A DNA stretch of 64,000 nt, from the IMG/VR virus record IMGVR_UViG_3300047160_003205, positions 14,845 to 78,844 of that record; one strand, written 5' to 3'. The stretch comes from a virus. Lineage: Duplodnaviria; Caudoviricetes. The translations under genes and the position numbers were made by a program. This document shows positions 1-9,424 of the stretch, piece by piece. The notes under the pieces are model-generated. The model was not told where the DNA came from, did not search any database, and saw nothing but the letters and a program-made list of their open reading frames with translations. How positions within the stretch are numbered: the first letter of the stretch is position 1; every line of letters starts with the position of its first letter.

Positions 1-12
1 TTCTCGGAATAC

Positions 13-450
13 TTACCTATCAGCGCGTTCTGTGAGAGCAAAGTAGACCACCTTTTCCACTTTGGACCGTTTGATCTCCAGAACCGAACCGCTCGCGATC
101 AGCTTTTCGTTGAGCTTTTTGATCGCGTAATCAGTCCCCTTTCCTTCTGGGTTGAGCGCACTCGCCGGAACCGGCGAGGGGGCATTTTCCGAGAGAAGCC
201 TGTAGATGTCGGCCCGCTTCGTCCCAGGACGAAGCTTCAGTTCGCCATTCGTGTATTGGTTGGTCAAGTGCTGCTCCTTAACGCGGGACTGCTCCTTGAA
301 CTTTCTTACTTCCCCTTCAAGAGCCTCGCAACGCCTTTCCGCTGTCACTCTGTCACTGAACCGCTTGATCTGCGGCTTGTTCAAAATCGCTGCCAACTTG
401 TTGTAATAGATGGCTAGACTTTTAACTGAGGGTTGCGAGTATTGATCCAT
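13..450 (-). CDS. Hypothetical DNA-binding protein, probable C-terminal winged helix
   Basis: 145 aa with N-terminal 'IKRFSDRVTAERR' module. C-terminal VP-x15-KKLN-x10-EI has the same spacing as the ATT-start ORF at 29073. Confidence 0.55.
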   Translation of the reverse strand: MDQYSQPSVKSLAIYYNKLAAILNKPQIKRFSDRVTAERRCEALEGEVRKFKEQSRVKEQHLTNQYTNGELKLRPGTKRADIYRLLSENAPSPVPASALNPEGKGTDYAIKKLNEKLIASGSVLEIKRSKVEKVVYFALTERADR

Positions 451-480
451 ACCTAATCTCGAATGGCACTTAACGCGGTA

Positions 481-1002
481 TTATCCCGCTTCCTTTTTGG
501 AAAAGAAAGTATTTCCTTCCTGCAGAATCTGTTTAACTCCTTGCCAATCCCAATTGGTTGGACCCCCGCTGCAAAACAAAAGGTGTGGTACGCCACGCAA
601 TCCATTCTCATGCAAGAGCCGAATATCTTTACCGTGTAAGAAATAAAGCTGATCATCTGGCGCCTCAGTCGGACTGCCCTTATAAATACGGCGAACGGCA
701 ATGTATACGATGCCGCCCGCTCGGAGATGCCGCTCAGTCCAGGCTATTTGCTCTGGAATGACGGTTGGTTTCCAAAAGTAAGTAAGCTTGTTCTCAACCC
801 ATAACTGGTGCCCATTTAAGCAAACGTTCATGTCTGGGACGCCCTTCTCCGTCGTCCAGGATTCAATGCTAACAATGTGGGCTTCAGGGATATGTTCCTT
901 GAAGAACTTCCGCATATTACCGTCTGGCAACGCTAAACTCCATGGCCATTGATTTGATGGTGAGGTCGATATCCAGCCCATCACCCTTATGGAAGGATCC
1001 AT
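481..1002 (-). CDS. PD-(D/E)xK nuclease, VRR-NUC/resolvase-like
   Basis: GVPD...WVENK...EQIAW...AGG motif order. True start probably downstream of 1002. Confidence 0.65.
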   Translation of the reverse strand: MDPSIRVMGWISTSPSNQWPWSLALPDGNMRKFFKEHIPEAHIVSIESWTTEKGVPDMNVCLNGHQLWVENKLTYFWKPTVIPEQIAWTERHLRAGGIVYIAVRRIYKGSPTEAPDDQLYFLHGKDIRLLHENGLRGVPHLLFCSGGPTNWDWQGVKQILQEGNTFFSKKEAG

Positions 1003-1192
1003 TTAGGGGAAGAGCCTTGGGATCAAAGCCATCCTGTCGAAGAATGATGTAGGCAACTGTACATGTTTGATTGAAAAAAATAGGGTTGATGTCGTCCTCA
1101 TCAAAGGACGCTACCCCTAGTAGGTCACCATTCATTGCCCGGGCTTCAATCTCACCGCGATTGTTCGAGTGATCGTAATTCATCTTGCCCAT
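917..1192 (-). CDS. Hypothetical protein
   Basis: 91 aa ORF between dnaE and the nuclease, co-oriented with both. Confidence 0.35.
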   Translation of the reverse strand: MGKMNYDHSNNRGEIEARAMNGDLLGVASFDEDDINPIFFNQTCTVAYIILRQDGFDPKALPLNGSFHKGDGLDIDLTIKSMAMEFSVARR

Positions 1193-4100
1193 CGAGTTCT
1201 CCTAGATACTTGATGGCGGACACTTTGATCATGCGAAAGTCGGGTGGTACAGTGCCCTTTATGGCGTACAAAGACTTCCCCGCACGCGCTTTATCCAACA
1301 TCTTCCGACCGATGCGCTCATAGTCAAACCGTCCGATCTTGCAGAAGATTTCATCCGTATCGTCGCAAAAGTAGGTGTTGAGAACCTGGGTGGGCCCGTT
1401 CAGCTTCCGCCCGTCCCGCTGCGCCAGCTTTTGGGCGTCGTTCTCGTCACGCCACTTAATGCGGCGAGCCATCGCTAAGATCACTACGTTGCCTTCAACT
1501 CCTGGCTGGACCCTCTCAATCGGTAGGATCGGGGTCACTATGTTGAGGGGCGGGGCGGACGTATCTGGGTGTAACCTCCGTATTTGAGCCTTTATGGGGT
1601 AGAGATCATCAATCTCTGTGCGCGCCTCAGTCAGCATTCGCTTAAGGGCTGGCTTGAGCTCGCGTCCGTCCTTACGACTAGCGAGCACTTCAAGAACTTT
1701 CTTCGGCCCAATGCCTTTAATCGCTGTGATGGGGCCGACAAGAACCTGACGTCCATCTTTCTCCGCAATGGACCAACGCTCAGTCGAAGCCTCGGGGTCA
1801 ACTGGGGTGTACGTGATCCCTTCTTTATCAAGCTCTCTAAGTATTGCCAGTTGGTTAGCTGGCTCAGCCTCCGCATCGAGTGTAGCGGCGGCGAACTCCA
1901 GCGGGTAGTGTGCTTTGAGCCAACAGCAGTAGTAGCTGACGAGACCATAAGCGATGGAGTGCGAGTTATGTGTGATAAGTCCATTCTCCAGCGCGAAATT
2001 ATGCTGCTCGGGCATCTCAATATCATAAGTCTCGCGGATACCGGCATCCTCTATCCTTTGGAGCTTCTTAATTGCTTGCTTATAGCCGTTCTCCCATACC
2101 TTAGTCCGGCCGTGGGCATAATGCCGCTTCTTATGGCAACTGTTACAGAGCCAAACTAGGTCTTCAGGTTGGTCCTTACCTGCATTAAAGTCGGTGTGAT
2201 GAGCTTCCATCCGGACTTTGAACTTCCCGCAATCTTCACATGGATCGTCCTGCCTTCGTTCTATGAACTGATCCTTGTAGAAGGCGACCCCGGTTGTCCA
2301 ACCTTTCCCATGTCCCTTTCCCTCTCCAGTAGGTTTATAGCAAGGGATCGGCTCAAACTCGACCGAGGTGAACTCGTCCCCCAAGCCAGCTTCCTTAATA
2401 GGTTTCCACTCGCCACTGATGAGGAAGCGATGCTCGGGCGTACATACGACTTGGCTTCCGTCATCAAATGTGTACCGCTTACAAAGCTTCTTGCCTGATT
2501 TGATGATCCGAACGGCCTTCTGCGGGCGGCCACGATCATCGGGGAACAGGCTGACGAGCCAAGGCTTGGACTTTTGTTGCTTTATCCAACGAGAGGGGGC
2601 TTCCTCATACTTCTCATACAGTTCAGCGATAGTTCTTTCTTGAGTATTGCAGCCTGCTATACTAAGTCTAAGCCTAGTCTCTCCATCTAAACACTTATTG
2701 AACGACCATGAGGCGTATGTACAAATCTGATCCCATATCTCTTTTGCCTTATCTTCTTCAATACCTTGAGATGTCGCTCCTGCTCTAAACTTTATCCAAT
2801 ACTTACCAAAAAATTCATCACCCAATATACCACTCATCGCGTGTCGAATGGCACCCGTATCTTCCCACGAGAACTGACCGATTTCACGAACAATACGTAG
2901 AACTTGCTCTTGATACAGTACAACCCCATAACTATCCTTAGTCAATTCAAGTAATAGCGGGTGTACCTGCGTGATCGGCTCCTCACCCCGCTTCCTCCGA
3001 ACCCAACGCGACGTTCCGCCCGTCGCGAGGGGGCCGGGACGGACGAGGGCCGTCATCGCCGCTACATCCTCAAACCGCGTGAACGTCACCTGGTTCGCGA
3101 CCGAACGCAGGGCGATCCCCGCGAACTGGAAGATGCCGGCGAAGTGTCCGTTATTGAGTACGTCAAATGACGCTTGATCATCGAGAGGAATTTTCTCTAG
3201 GAAGCCATTGGTTGGCTTCTCGCCGATCAACTCTAGGGTGCGCTCAAAGATTGAGAGTTGCTTCAGTCCCAGCGCGTCGATCTTTAAGAGGTTGAGCTCA
3301 GCCGCATCCTTCTTATCACACATGACAGACTTCGACCGCGCGTCCATGGCGACGAAGTCAATGAGGGGGTCTTCAGTGAGAACGACCCCCGCCGCGTGCT
3401 GGGAGGCATTTACAGGGTGTCCTTCGAACTTAGCGGCGATCAGGACCTCAGGATACTCATTCAACAAGGCCTGACCGGCCGCTGTCTCCTTCAGGGTATC
3501 TTCAAGGGTATTATTCGCGCGGCTATCCCCCGAAGTGCGTTCGATAAGGTGGTCCATAAGCTTGTCGGTGCGCCAGATTGGAATTCGTAAAGCTGCGCCT
3601 GCCGCTTTAAGGGCTGATCGTCCCTTGAACATCCCAACCGTTCCGAGCCTCGCCACCCGTTGGCTGCCATACTTTTCCTCCGCATATTGGAACACTAAGT
3701 CCCGGTTGATGTCCGAGAAATCCACATCGATATCAGGTAGCTCAAACCGATTAGCATCAATGAAGCGCTCAAACAGAAGATCGTGCTTGATGGGATCGAT
3801 CTCAGTGATGTTAAGACAGTAGCACACCAGGCTACCACCTGAAGACCCGCGACCAGGCCCAACCACCATCTTGGTCTTCGCCCAATTGACGATGTCGGCG
3901 AGGATGTAGAAGTAGTCATCGAAGTTCTTGTCACTGATGAGCTGTAGCTCGCGCGTCAGGCGCTCCTCATACGTTGGATCAGTGAGGTCTAGTCCTTTCG
4001 TGATAGCGCCATCCTCGCACATCTTCCGCAGGCTTATGGGTTTTTCTGGGACGAGGAGGTGGGCTTTCTTTAGTTGTGCTCGGCAGGCGTCTATCGCCAG

Positions 4101-4823
4101 GTTCCGGTTAGTGAAAGCGTCCGCGATCAGGTCGTCATCAAACCCCACGTTCAGGAAGTGGGCGCGAAGCTCATCATCCGAGAGGATGTAGCGAGGGTAG
4201 GATTGCGTGGAGGCCCGAAAGCCGAGAGCGATCCTGTACTCGTCCTGATCAGTGTCCCGGGGGAAGTAGTTGTCGGATGTGGCGATGAACCGCAGCCCCG
4301 CATTCCGAACGCGACGTACAAGACCAACAGGAGAACTAGGAGCGAGACCGACAAAGTAATCAGACCTCGCATCATAAGCCTCGCCCGGGAGACTATCCAG
4401 GAGCAATCGCTCCCCAGAAATCTTGATCAGCCCCGGTAGCTTAACGGCTTCATCTGCACTTAGCGTCGGTTCCTTTCCGGGGTTCCATGTGGCTTTGTAG
4501 ATGGCTCGATGAAGGTCACTTAGATCATCCTTCGCGAAAAACGACCAGTAGTCCACGGGCGGCTTGTTGAGCCCTAGGCTCGGGACCACCCCGATTTCCA
4601 CCCCATAAAGGGGGCGGATACCCGTCGTCTTACACATCTTTGTCCAGCGGACGAAGGCGAAGGTGGAAAGCCGGTCACTTATCGGCGCGACTGGTGATCC
4701 AATCTCCTGGAGTCGCGAGAGGACGGCTGGAAGATGGCCATAGGCGGTCTTGAAGCTATACCCGGTTCTGACTCGCATGGCTTTTATGCTGCCTCGGCGC
4801 AAACGCGATGAGATGGTGATCAT
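1152..4823 (-). CDS. dnaE: DNA polymerase III alpha subunit (family C), intein-containing
   Basis: PHP-like N-terminus (TGYSF, ATSDNYF), GPGRGSSGGSLV, LLFERFI, PDIDVDFS, SQHAAGVV, KIDALGL, LVRPGP, SFNK/SHSIAYG. Confidence 0.95.
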   Translation of the reverse strand: MITISSRLRRGSIKAMRVRTGYSFKTAYGHLPAVLSRLQEIGSPVAPISDRLSTFAFVRWTKMCKTTGIRPLYGVEIGVVPSLGLNKPPVDYWSFFAKDDLSDLHRAIYKATWNPGKEPTLSADEAVKLPGLIKISGERLLLDSLPGEAYDARSDYFVGLAPSSPVGLVRRVRNAGLRFIATSDNYFPRDTDQDEYRIALGFRASTQSYPRYILSDDELRAHFLNVGFDDDLIADAFTNRNLAIDACRAQLKKAHLLVPEKPISLRKMCEDGAITKGLDLTDPTYEERLTRELQLISDKNFDDYFYILADIVNWAKTKMVVGPGRGSSGGSLVCYCLNITEIDPIKHDLLFERFIDANRFELPDIDVDFSDINRDLVFQYAEEKYGSQRVARLGTVGMFKGRSALKAAGAALRIPIWRTDKLMDHLIERTSGDSRANNTLEDTLKETAAGQALLNEYPEVLIAAKFEGHPVNASQHAAGVVLTEDPLIDFVAMDARSKSVMCDKKDAAELNLLKIDALGLKQLSIFERTLELIGEKPTNGFLEKIPLDDQASFDVLNNGHFAGIFQFAGIALRSVANQVTFTRFEDVAAMTALVRPGPLATGGTSRWVRRKRGEEPITQVHPLLLELTKDSYGVVLYQEQVLRIVREIGQFSWEDTGAIRHAMSGILGDEFFGKYWIKFRAGATSQGIEEDKAKEIWDQICTYASWSFNKCLDGETRLRLSIAGCNTQERTIAELYEKYEEAPSRWIKQQKSKPWLVSLFPDDRGRPQKAVRIIKSGKKLCKRYTFDDGSQVVCTPEHRFLISGEWKPIKEAGLGDEFTSVEFEPIPCYKPTGEGKGHGKGWTTGVAFYKDQFIERRQDDPCEDCGKFKVRMEAHHTDFNAGKDQPEDLVWLCNSCHKKRHYAHGRTKVWENGYKQAIKKLQRIEDAGIRETYDIEMPEQHNFALENGLITHNSHSIAYGLVSYYCCWLKAHYPLEFAAATLDAEAEPANQLAILRELDKEGITYTPVDPEASTERWSIAEKDGRQVLVGPITAIKGIGPKKVLEVLASRKDGRELKPALKRMLTEARTEIDDLYPIKAQIRRLHPDTSAPPLNIVTPILPIERVQPGVEGNVVILAMARRIKWRDENDAQKLAQRDGRKLNGPTQVLNTYFCDDTDEIFCKIGRFDYERIGRKMLDKARAGKSLYAIKGTVPPDFRMIKVSAIKYLGELDGQDELRSLEQSR
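1965..2693 (-). mobile_element. Intein (243 aa) with HNH homing endonuclease, inside DnaE
   Basis: Starts CLDGETRL (Cys codon 2691-2693), has block B TPEHRF, ends ITHN before Ser+1. Internal CEDC...EAHH.D.N...LVWLCNSCHKKRH. Removing it restores SFNKSHSIAY. Confidence 0.93.
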
Positions 4824-4971
4824 CGCAATACGACGATTTTAGCCGACGCCGCTTTCCACAGAATAGAGCGTCAGCCATCTTCCAACGGCCTGGATCGTCA
4901 ATAATCCACTTGCAGCCATACTTATGTAGCTGCATCATCGTTAAGCCTTTGATGGGTGCTTTCCTAGCCAC
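4756..4971 (-). CDS. GcrA C-terminal-domain-like protein
   Basis: MMQL...GCKWIIDDP...FCG...SYCDDHHLIAF follows the GcrA C-terminal Cys/His pattern (CKWPIGDP..FCG..YC..H..AY). Confidence 0.7.
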   Translation of the reverse strand: MARKAPIKGLTMMQLHKYGCKWIIDDPGRWKMADALFCGKRRRLKSSYCDDHHLIAFAPRQHKSHASQNRV

Positions 4972-5035
4972 CGCTTCGCCTCGGACGAAAAAGAAAGTTT
5001 ACCCGAAACGAGGCTGTTTAAGCAATGAGAAAGAA

Positions 5036-5569
5036 TTAAAGATCACCCCTGCAGAACAGTTCGATACAACACTTTACTAGTGCGTCCACATCCGCTTTCG
5101 CCCGGTGTGCTCCCGTGAATCCTTCAGCAAAAAGCTGCTTATGTAGGTCCTGGAGCGATAGCCGGTAGCCCGTCATCCATACCGTCTGTTCCACTGTGCA
5201 CAGTACCCGGGGCCAGCGGATAGCGCGCTGAAGGCGCTGGTACTCTACCTCGACCATCTCAGTATCGAAGGACACATTGTGCGAGATGACGAGGGGGGCT
5301 GTCTCTAAGGTGCGCTGGATAAGGTCGGCGAAGTGGGGAAAAGGCGGCCTCTCGGCCACCATGTCATTAGTGATGTTGTTCTTCTTGGTTATGTCCTCGG
5401 GGATGGCCCGGATGGGCTTGATTAGCTCATCAATCTCACTGAGCCGGTCGCCCGTCTTCAGGTCCACGAGGACGCTGTTGAACTCGATTATCTCAGGCTG
5501 TTTATCGAGGGGGAGGGTACGATTGTTAAGGAGACCCGTGGTCTCCGTGTCGAATACTAACGCTAACAT
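5036..5569 (-). CDS. DEDDh 3'-5' exonuclease (Pol III epsilon-like)
   Basis: VFDTETTG, HNVSFD, HRAKADV (Exo I-III). Confidence 0.9.
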   Translation of the reverse strand: MLALVFDTETTGLLNNRTLPLDKQPEIIEFNSVLVDLKTGDRLSEIDELIKPIRAIPEDITKKNNITNDMVAERPPFPHFADLIQRTLETAPLVISHNVSFDTEMVEVEYQRLQRAIRWPRVLCTVEQTVWMTGYRLSLQDLHKQLFAEGFTGAHRAKADVDALVKCCIELFCRGDL

Positions 5570-5799
5570 TAGTTTTCGACTTCAGCACTGTATTCGTTAT
5601 CCCCATCCGCCAAATCATAGGTTTCTTCTTCAGGTTCGAAGAAGTCTTCATTCCAGTCTAGGACTTTTTGCCAAAAATCGCACCATTCCCCCACCCCCAG
5701 GTAATTAGGCCGTTTGACAATGCAGTTTTCTATCTCAACATAGTCACGGTATAACTCGATCTGGGCTATCAGACTCATGTTGGTTCCCCGTCTCGTCAA
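5569..5799 (-). CDS. Hypothetical protein
   Basis: 76 aa ORF abutting its neighbours in the operon. Confidence 0.45.
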   Translation of the reverse strand: MTRRGTNMSLIAQIELYRDYVEIENCIVKRPNYLGVGEWCDFWQKVLDWNEDFFEPEEETYDLADGDNEYSAEVEN

Positions 5800-6064
5800 G
5801 GGCTGCTAGGATTGCTGCATAGACGATCAGGTCTTCAATGCTATCAGGGTGGCCACTCGACCAATTAAACATGTATCGGCCGAGTTTAGCGACCATCGTC
5901 GTTAACACATGATAACGAGTGAAGTCCTGAGGGGACCGTAGGCGAACTCCGTTGGGAAAGAAAGTGCTAAGTGCCGCCCCGACACGCTCATAGTTGGCGC
6001 CATAAAGCTGTTCGCGTTCACTAAAGAGTGCTGCGGCAGCACTTAGCTTAGTTGGTGGACTCAT
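5744..6064 (-). CDS. Nucleotide-modification-associated helical protein (MazG/dNTP pyrophosphatase-like)
   Basis: ER...YG..Y...KLGRY...H.DSIEDLIVYAA pattern typical of small phage helical proteins found beside nucleotide-metabolism genes. Confidence 0.55.
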   Translation of the reverse strand: MSPPTKLSAAAALFSEREQLYGANYERVGAALSTFFPNGVRLRSPQDFTRYHVLTTMVAKLGRYMFNWSSGHPDSIEDLIVYAAILAALDETGNQHESDSPDRVIP

Positions 6065-6459
6065 TAGATTGGGCTATTACTTCCACCTGGACCATATGAA
6101 GTCCCGTCTGGATCAATCCACCAGTAAGGGCCATGGTCGCCATCGTTGGTCGGAACACGACGGACTTCATAGTGAATATTCCGAAGAGTGTCCTGACCTA
6201 CGAATTGTCCATTCGGTTCAACAAAACGGACATAACCTTGCCAGTTTTCTTCATCCTCAAGGTCCAGCCCCTTTTGAAGGGCTTTAGCATTAAGGGCGAA
6301 GTGTTCACCCATAGTCTTGCTACGAGTGATCTCAATAATAAGAACTTTCAGCTCTCGATTGTAGATGATTCGATTTGGGAAGTATCGTTTGGTGAAAGCC
6401 TCAGCTTTCGGCATGTACTTCCAGGCTCCCGTAAGGGAGGTCAAATCCTTCTGTCGCAT
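6064..6459 (-). CDS. Hypothetical protein
   Basis: 131 aa, translationally coupled to 5744-6064. Confidence 0.5.
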   Translation of the reverse strand: MRQKDLTSLTGAWKYMPKAEAFTKRYFPNRIIYNRELKVLIIEITRSKTMGEHFALNAKALQKGLDLEDEENWQGYVRFVEPNGQFVGQDTLRNIHYEVRRVPTNDGDHGPYWWIDPDGTSYGPGGSNSPI

Positions 6460-6484
6460 TGCACTCCTCCAGGGTGTCAGAGCT

Positions 6485-6991
6485 TCAGATCAGTTCAACA
6501 CGCTTGATCATCTTCAGATAGACGCCAAGCACCCGGAGAGTACCGTAAATGCGGTAATGGTAGAACCGCTTTCTTTCGATCAGATATGGATTGGTATGGG
6601 CTTCAGTCCACATCTCATAAATGATAGGAAATTCAAAGTCCTCAGGGAACTCCTCGACATGGATACCAATGTGGCTGAGGAAGGAGGGGTTCTTGCGGAA
6701 CCGCTTTTGCCAATAGGGGCTTTCAGACCCAAAGGTAACAATCTCAAGCTCAATGCCTAAATCGTAGTTGAACTCTAACAATGCAGCGACGGACCTGTAT
6801 TCTCTTTTCCGATGAACGGCTCGACCCATTGCTACATCGGTAATCCACTCGGCATGCTCTAAGCCGAACAGTTCCTTCAGCTTCTCCCGCGCGTCCGTAT
6901 CTACTGCATACCAGGCAACCTGATCAACAATCGCTTTTCCGAAGCGACCGATCAAGGGGGTCGCCATTGCTGGGGGAATTTCAGCCGCCAT
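6485..6991 (-). CDS. VOC/glyoxalase-like protein
   Basis: IVDQVAW...IELEIV...FLSHIGIHVE pattern of VOC metal-binding strands. Confidence 0.5.
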   Translation of the reverse strand: MAAEIPPAMATPLIGRFGKAIVDQVAWYAVDTDAREKLKELFGLEHAEWITDVAMGRAVHRKREYRSVAALLEFNYDLGIELEIVTFGSESPYWQKRFRKNPSFLSHIGIHVEEFPEDFEFPIIYEMWTEAHTNPYLIERKRFYHYRIYGTLRVLGVYLKMIKRVELI

Positions 6992-7679
6992 ATGGAATGT
7001 CTAGTCCTGCTAGGTACTTGTGACGTTCCTTCGTACTGAGAAGGAATGCGATGAACTCCGCCAGCACTTCAGGATCAATCTCTTCCCCCGCCTTTAGCGC
7101 GGCCAGTTGGTAGGCTTTCGCTTCTTCCTCGCTCCAGCCGCGCGTCTCCATCACCCGCTTCTCAATGAGACGGCTCATCTCCGTCCCCCTCAGCTTTCCC
7201 GGACTAATGGAGAACGCGGTGATGTTGTGAGTGACCTTAAGCTCACGCGCGAACTGGGCGGTTAGTATCTTGGCCGCGCCCTTACTCGCATTATAGGCCG
7301 CACTCGCAGTCATCGGTACGGTCGCCGCATTCGATACAATGTTAAGCACGGTTCCGCCGCGAAGGTTCTCCAACAGCGCCTTCGTGACAATGAAGATACC
7401 CTTCGCATTGGTATCCATCACCCTGTCCCAGCTATTACTGGAGAGGTCAGGAAGGTAAGCGACCTCATTGACCCCGGCGCAGTTGATGAGCCCGTCCAGT
7501 TCCAACCCTTTCAGGACCGCCGCTTCCTTAGCCACTGCCGCTTCGTCGGTGATATCCAACCCCGGCAGAGACCAATCAAAGATCGTGATCCCATTCGAGT
7601 TGAAGTGGCCAAACATGGCCTGGTAGATCGCCTTTCCCAATCCTGAGGACGCTCCGGTGATGACATAGCTCCTAGACAA
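6981..7679 (-). CDS. Short-chain dehydrogenase/reductase
   Basis: ITGASSGLG, INCAGV, YNASK (YxxxK), ISPG. Confidence 0.92.
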   Translation of the reverse strand: MSRSYVITGASSGLGKAIYQAMFGHFNSNGITIFDWSLPGLDITDEAAVAKEAAVLKGLELDGLINCAGVNEVAYLPDLSSNSWDRVMDTNAKGIFIVTKALLENLRGGTVLNIVSNAATVPMTASAAYNASKGAAKILTAQFARELKVTHNITAFSISPGKLRGTEMSRLIEKRVMETRGWSEEEAKAYQLAALKAGEEIDPEVLAEFIAFLLSTKERHKYLAGLDIPYGG

Positions 7680-8112
7680 GCTCAGGCCTCCGTGCCCTAA
7701 CCAGTAAGGTTGTGATGCCCTCCTCAGCCCAAGCAGCCGCTATCGCCTCATTATCCTCTAGGATCAGGCTGATACGGCGAAGATCACCGCCCATGGAAGT
7801 CCGGGCGATGTCGAGTTTCATGATTGCGGCTGGGCGATAATCGTCATTGCCGCGCATGTATAGCTCGGCGAACTCGACCCCGTGGTGAATCAGCCAAGTA
7901 AGCGTGATCCCCCGGTACTTCTCTGGCCGCCCGGTAAGGCAGATGACATGGTGCCCCGCTCGCGTGAGCGCGTTCACGAGGGCGATCATCTCAGTGATCG
8001 GCTCGTCGTGGACGGACGCTAGGTGGAAGGCGTCCCAGCCATCCTCATCGATCAGCTTCTCCCGGTGAAAGCCTGCGGAAAGGGTGTTGTCTACATCAGC
8101 GACGATTATCAT
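7672..8112 (-). CDS. HAD phosphatase (T4 PNKP phosphatase-like)
   Basis: DVDNTL, LTGRPE, LYMRG.DDYRP, LEDNE. Confidence 0.85.
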   Translation of the reverse strand: MIIVADVDNTLSAGFHREKLIDEDGWDAFHLASVHDEPITEMIALVNALTRAGHHVICLTGRPEKYRGITLTWLIHHGVEFAELYMRGNDDYRPAAIMKLDIARTSMGGDLRRISLILEDNEAIAAAWAEEGITTLLVRARRPELV

Positions 8113-8306
8113 TGGCCTTTGTCGGGTTCATAGAGGGTTCTTACATCAATGTCACGTGCGTATCCTGGATACTTAGAAGCGAATTGAAATCCATACAGGA
8201 AGCCATTCAGGAAGCTTTCCCGATCCAGTCCGGGTAGCTTCTCACGTGCATGATTATATGCATGCGCGATGACGTCTATTGCTTCGTCCTTGAGGATGGT
8301 GCTCAT
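8109..8306 (-). CDS. Hypothetical protein
   Basis: 65 aa with a 4-bp overlap to the next gene. Confidence 0.45.
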   Translation of the reverse strand: MSTILKDEAIDVIAHAYNHAREKLPGLDRESFLNGFLYGFQFASKYPGYARDIDVRTLYEPDKGQ

Positions 8307-9050
8307 TCATGAAGCCTTGATTAGATCAATCGCCTTAGCAATCTTTATCTTGGTCTCATGGTCGAGTGTTAAGGCGACCTCTTCTAGCATCCGTAGCCCC
8401 TTGTCGTACTTGTTCTCGAAAAATTGAGACGACCAAGGCCACACTCGCAACGTCTCCGCTTTCATCTGGCGGACAATATCTACATAAGCCCCTTGAACTC
8501 GGAGTGATTCACGCTTCTGAACCAGCTCCACAAGCGTGCGAAGGTTGTACTTAGCGATCCCATTCGTGTGGATGCCGCCCGGCAAAAGGTCACGGGCATC
8601 CTCTAGTGGCGTACCTCCCGCAACCTCATTTGCATAACAAGCAACGGCTTCTTCCATCGCTCTATCAAACATACCAGGAACGCCATTCCGGGTCGGTTTG
8701 GTCGCCGTCCACTTTGGTGTATCCCACGTCGCCTCGCTCATATCCGTGACGCGCTGGGACTGCATGGCGTAGGAGCCTGTGCGAGTACGGACCAGTTGAA
8801 GGCTCGTGTTTCGGCTCATTCTCTCGATGCAAAACACTAGGTCAACCATCTCCCATGAGGAAGGGATGGTCCCCGCCATGTACTCCATCTCGTCTAATAT
8901 GTTGCTCTCCGGTTCACTGAGCCGGAAAGCCCCCCAATTTCCCGGGGTTAAGCTGAAACGGGTGTTCTTCGTGAAGGCTAGGAGCCGGGCCGCATATAGC
9001 GGGTCGGGGTGCCCTTTGCCGGTGTAGTCGATGAGCGTGACTTTAGGCAT
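8307..9050 (-). CDS. thyX: Flavin-dependent thymidylate synthase-like (ThyX)
   Basis: QLVRTRTGSYAMQSQR (RHR-x7-S motif with H replaced by T), EDARDLLP, NLRTL. Confidence 0.8.
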   Translation of the reverse strand: MPKVTLIDYTGKGHPDPLYAARLLAFTKNTRFSLTPGNWGAFRLSEPESNILDEMEYMAGTIPSSWEMVDLVFCIERMSRNTSLQLVRTRTGSYAMQSQRVTDMSEATWDTPKWTATKPTRNGVPGMFDRAMEEAVACYANEVAGGTPLEDARDLLPGGIHTNGIAKYNLRTLVELVQKRESLRVQGAYVDIVRQMKAETLRVWPWSSQFFENKYDKGLRMLEEVALTLDHETKIKIAKAIDLIKAS

Positions 9051-9369
9051 CGATCTTCTCCGGGGTCTTCACTGGCCCTTCGGGAGCCTTTGTCCACGGC
9101 TTCTTCAGGGACTCCAGGACCTTTTGGAAGTCATCATTCTTACTCAACCGGCGGAAGCGTTCAGCATAATAGCCAATCTCCGGAATCACACCCAGGCTGA
9201 TTTCTTCCAGGTGGACTCCTTTCTCCCGCCCATCCTTTACCACCTTCCTGATCGTGTACTGGGCGTTTAGGATGAGAAAGGAACACATCCACGCTGATGC
9301 TTCCTTGTTCGCTTTTGGGGTGACATCGACGCAAATGACCACGTCACCTTTTCCTAGATCGTCAGACAT
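9043..9369 (-). CDS. Hypothetical protein
   Basis: 108 aa ORF downstream of a TATAAT element. Confidence 0.5.
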   Translation of the reverse strand: MSDDLGKGDVVICVDVTPKANKEASAWMCSFLILNAQYTIRKVVKDGREKGVHLEEISLGVIPEIGYYAERFRRLSKNDDFQKVLESLKKPWTKAPEGPVKTPEKIDA

Positions 9370-9383
9370 TACAATCCTCCGCG

Positions 9384-9398
9384 CCTTTCTTTATTATA
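9384..9398 (-). promoter_or_regulatory. Putative -10 element TATAAT followed by AAAGAAAG
   Basis: Minus strand reads GGGGTATAATAAAGAAAGG in the intergenic gap upstream of 9369. Confidence 0.5.
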
Positions 9399-9424
9399 CC
9401 CCGGATCAACGCTGCTATAGAATG

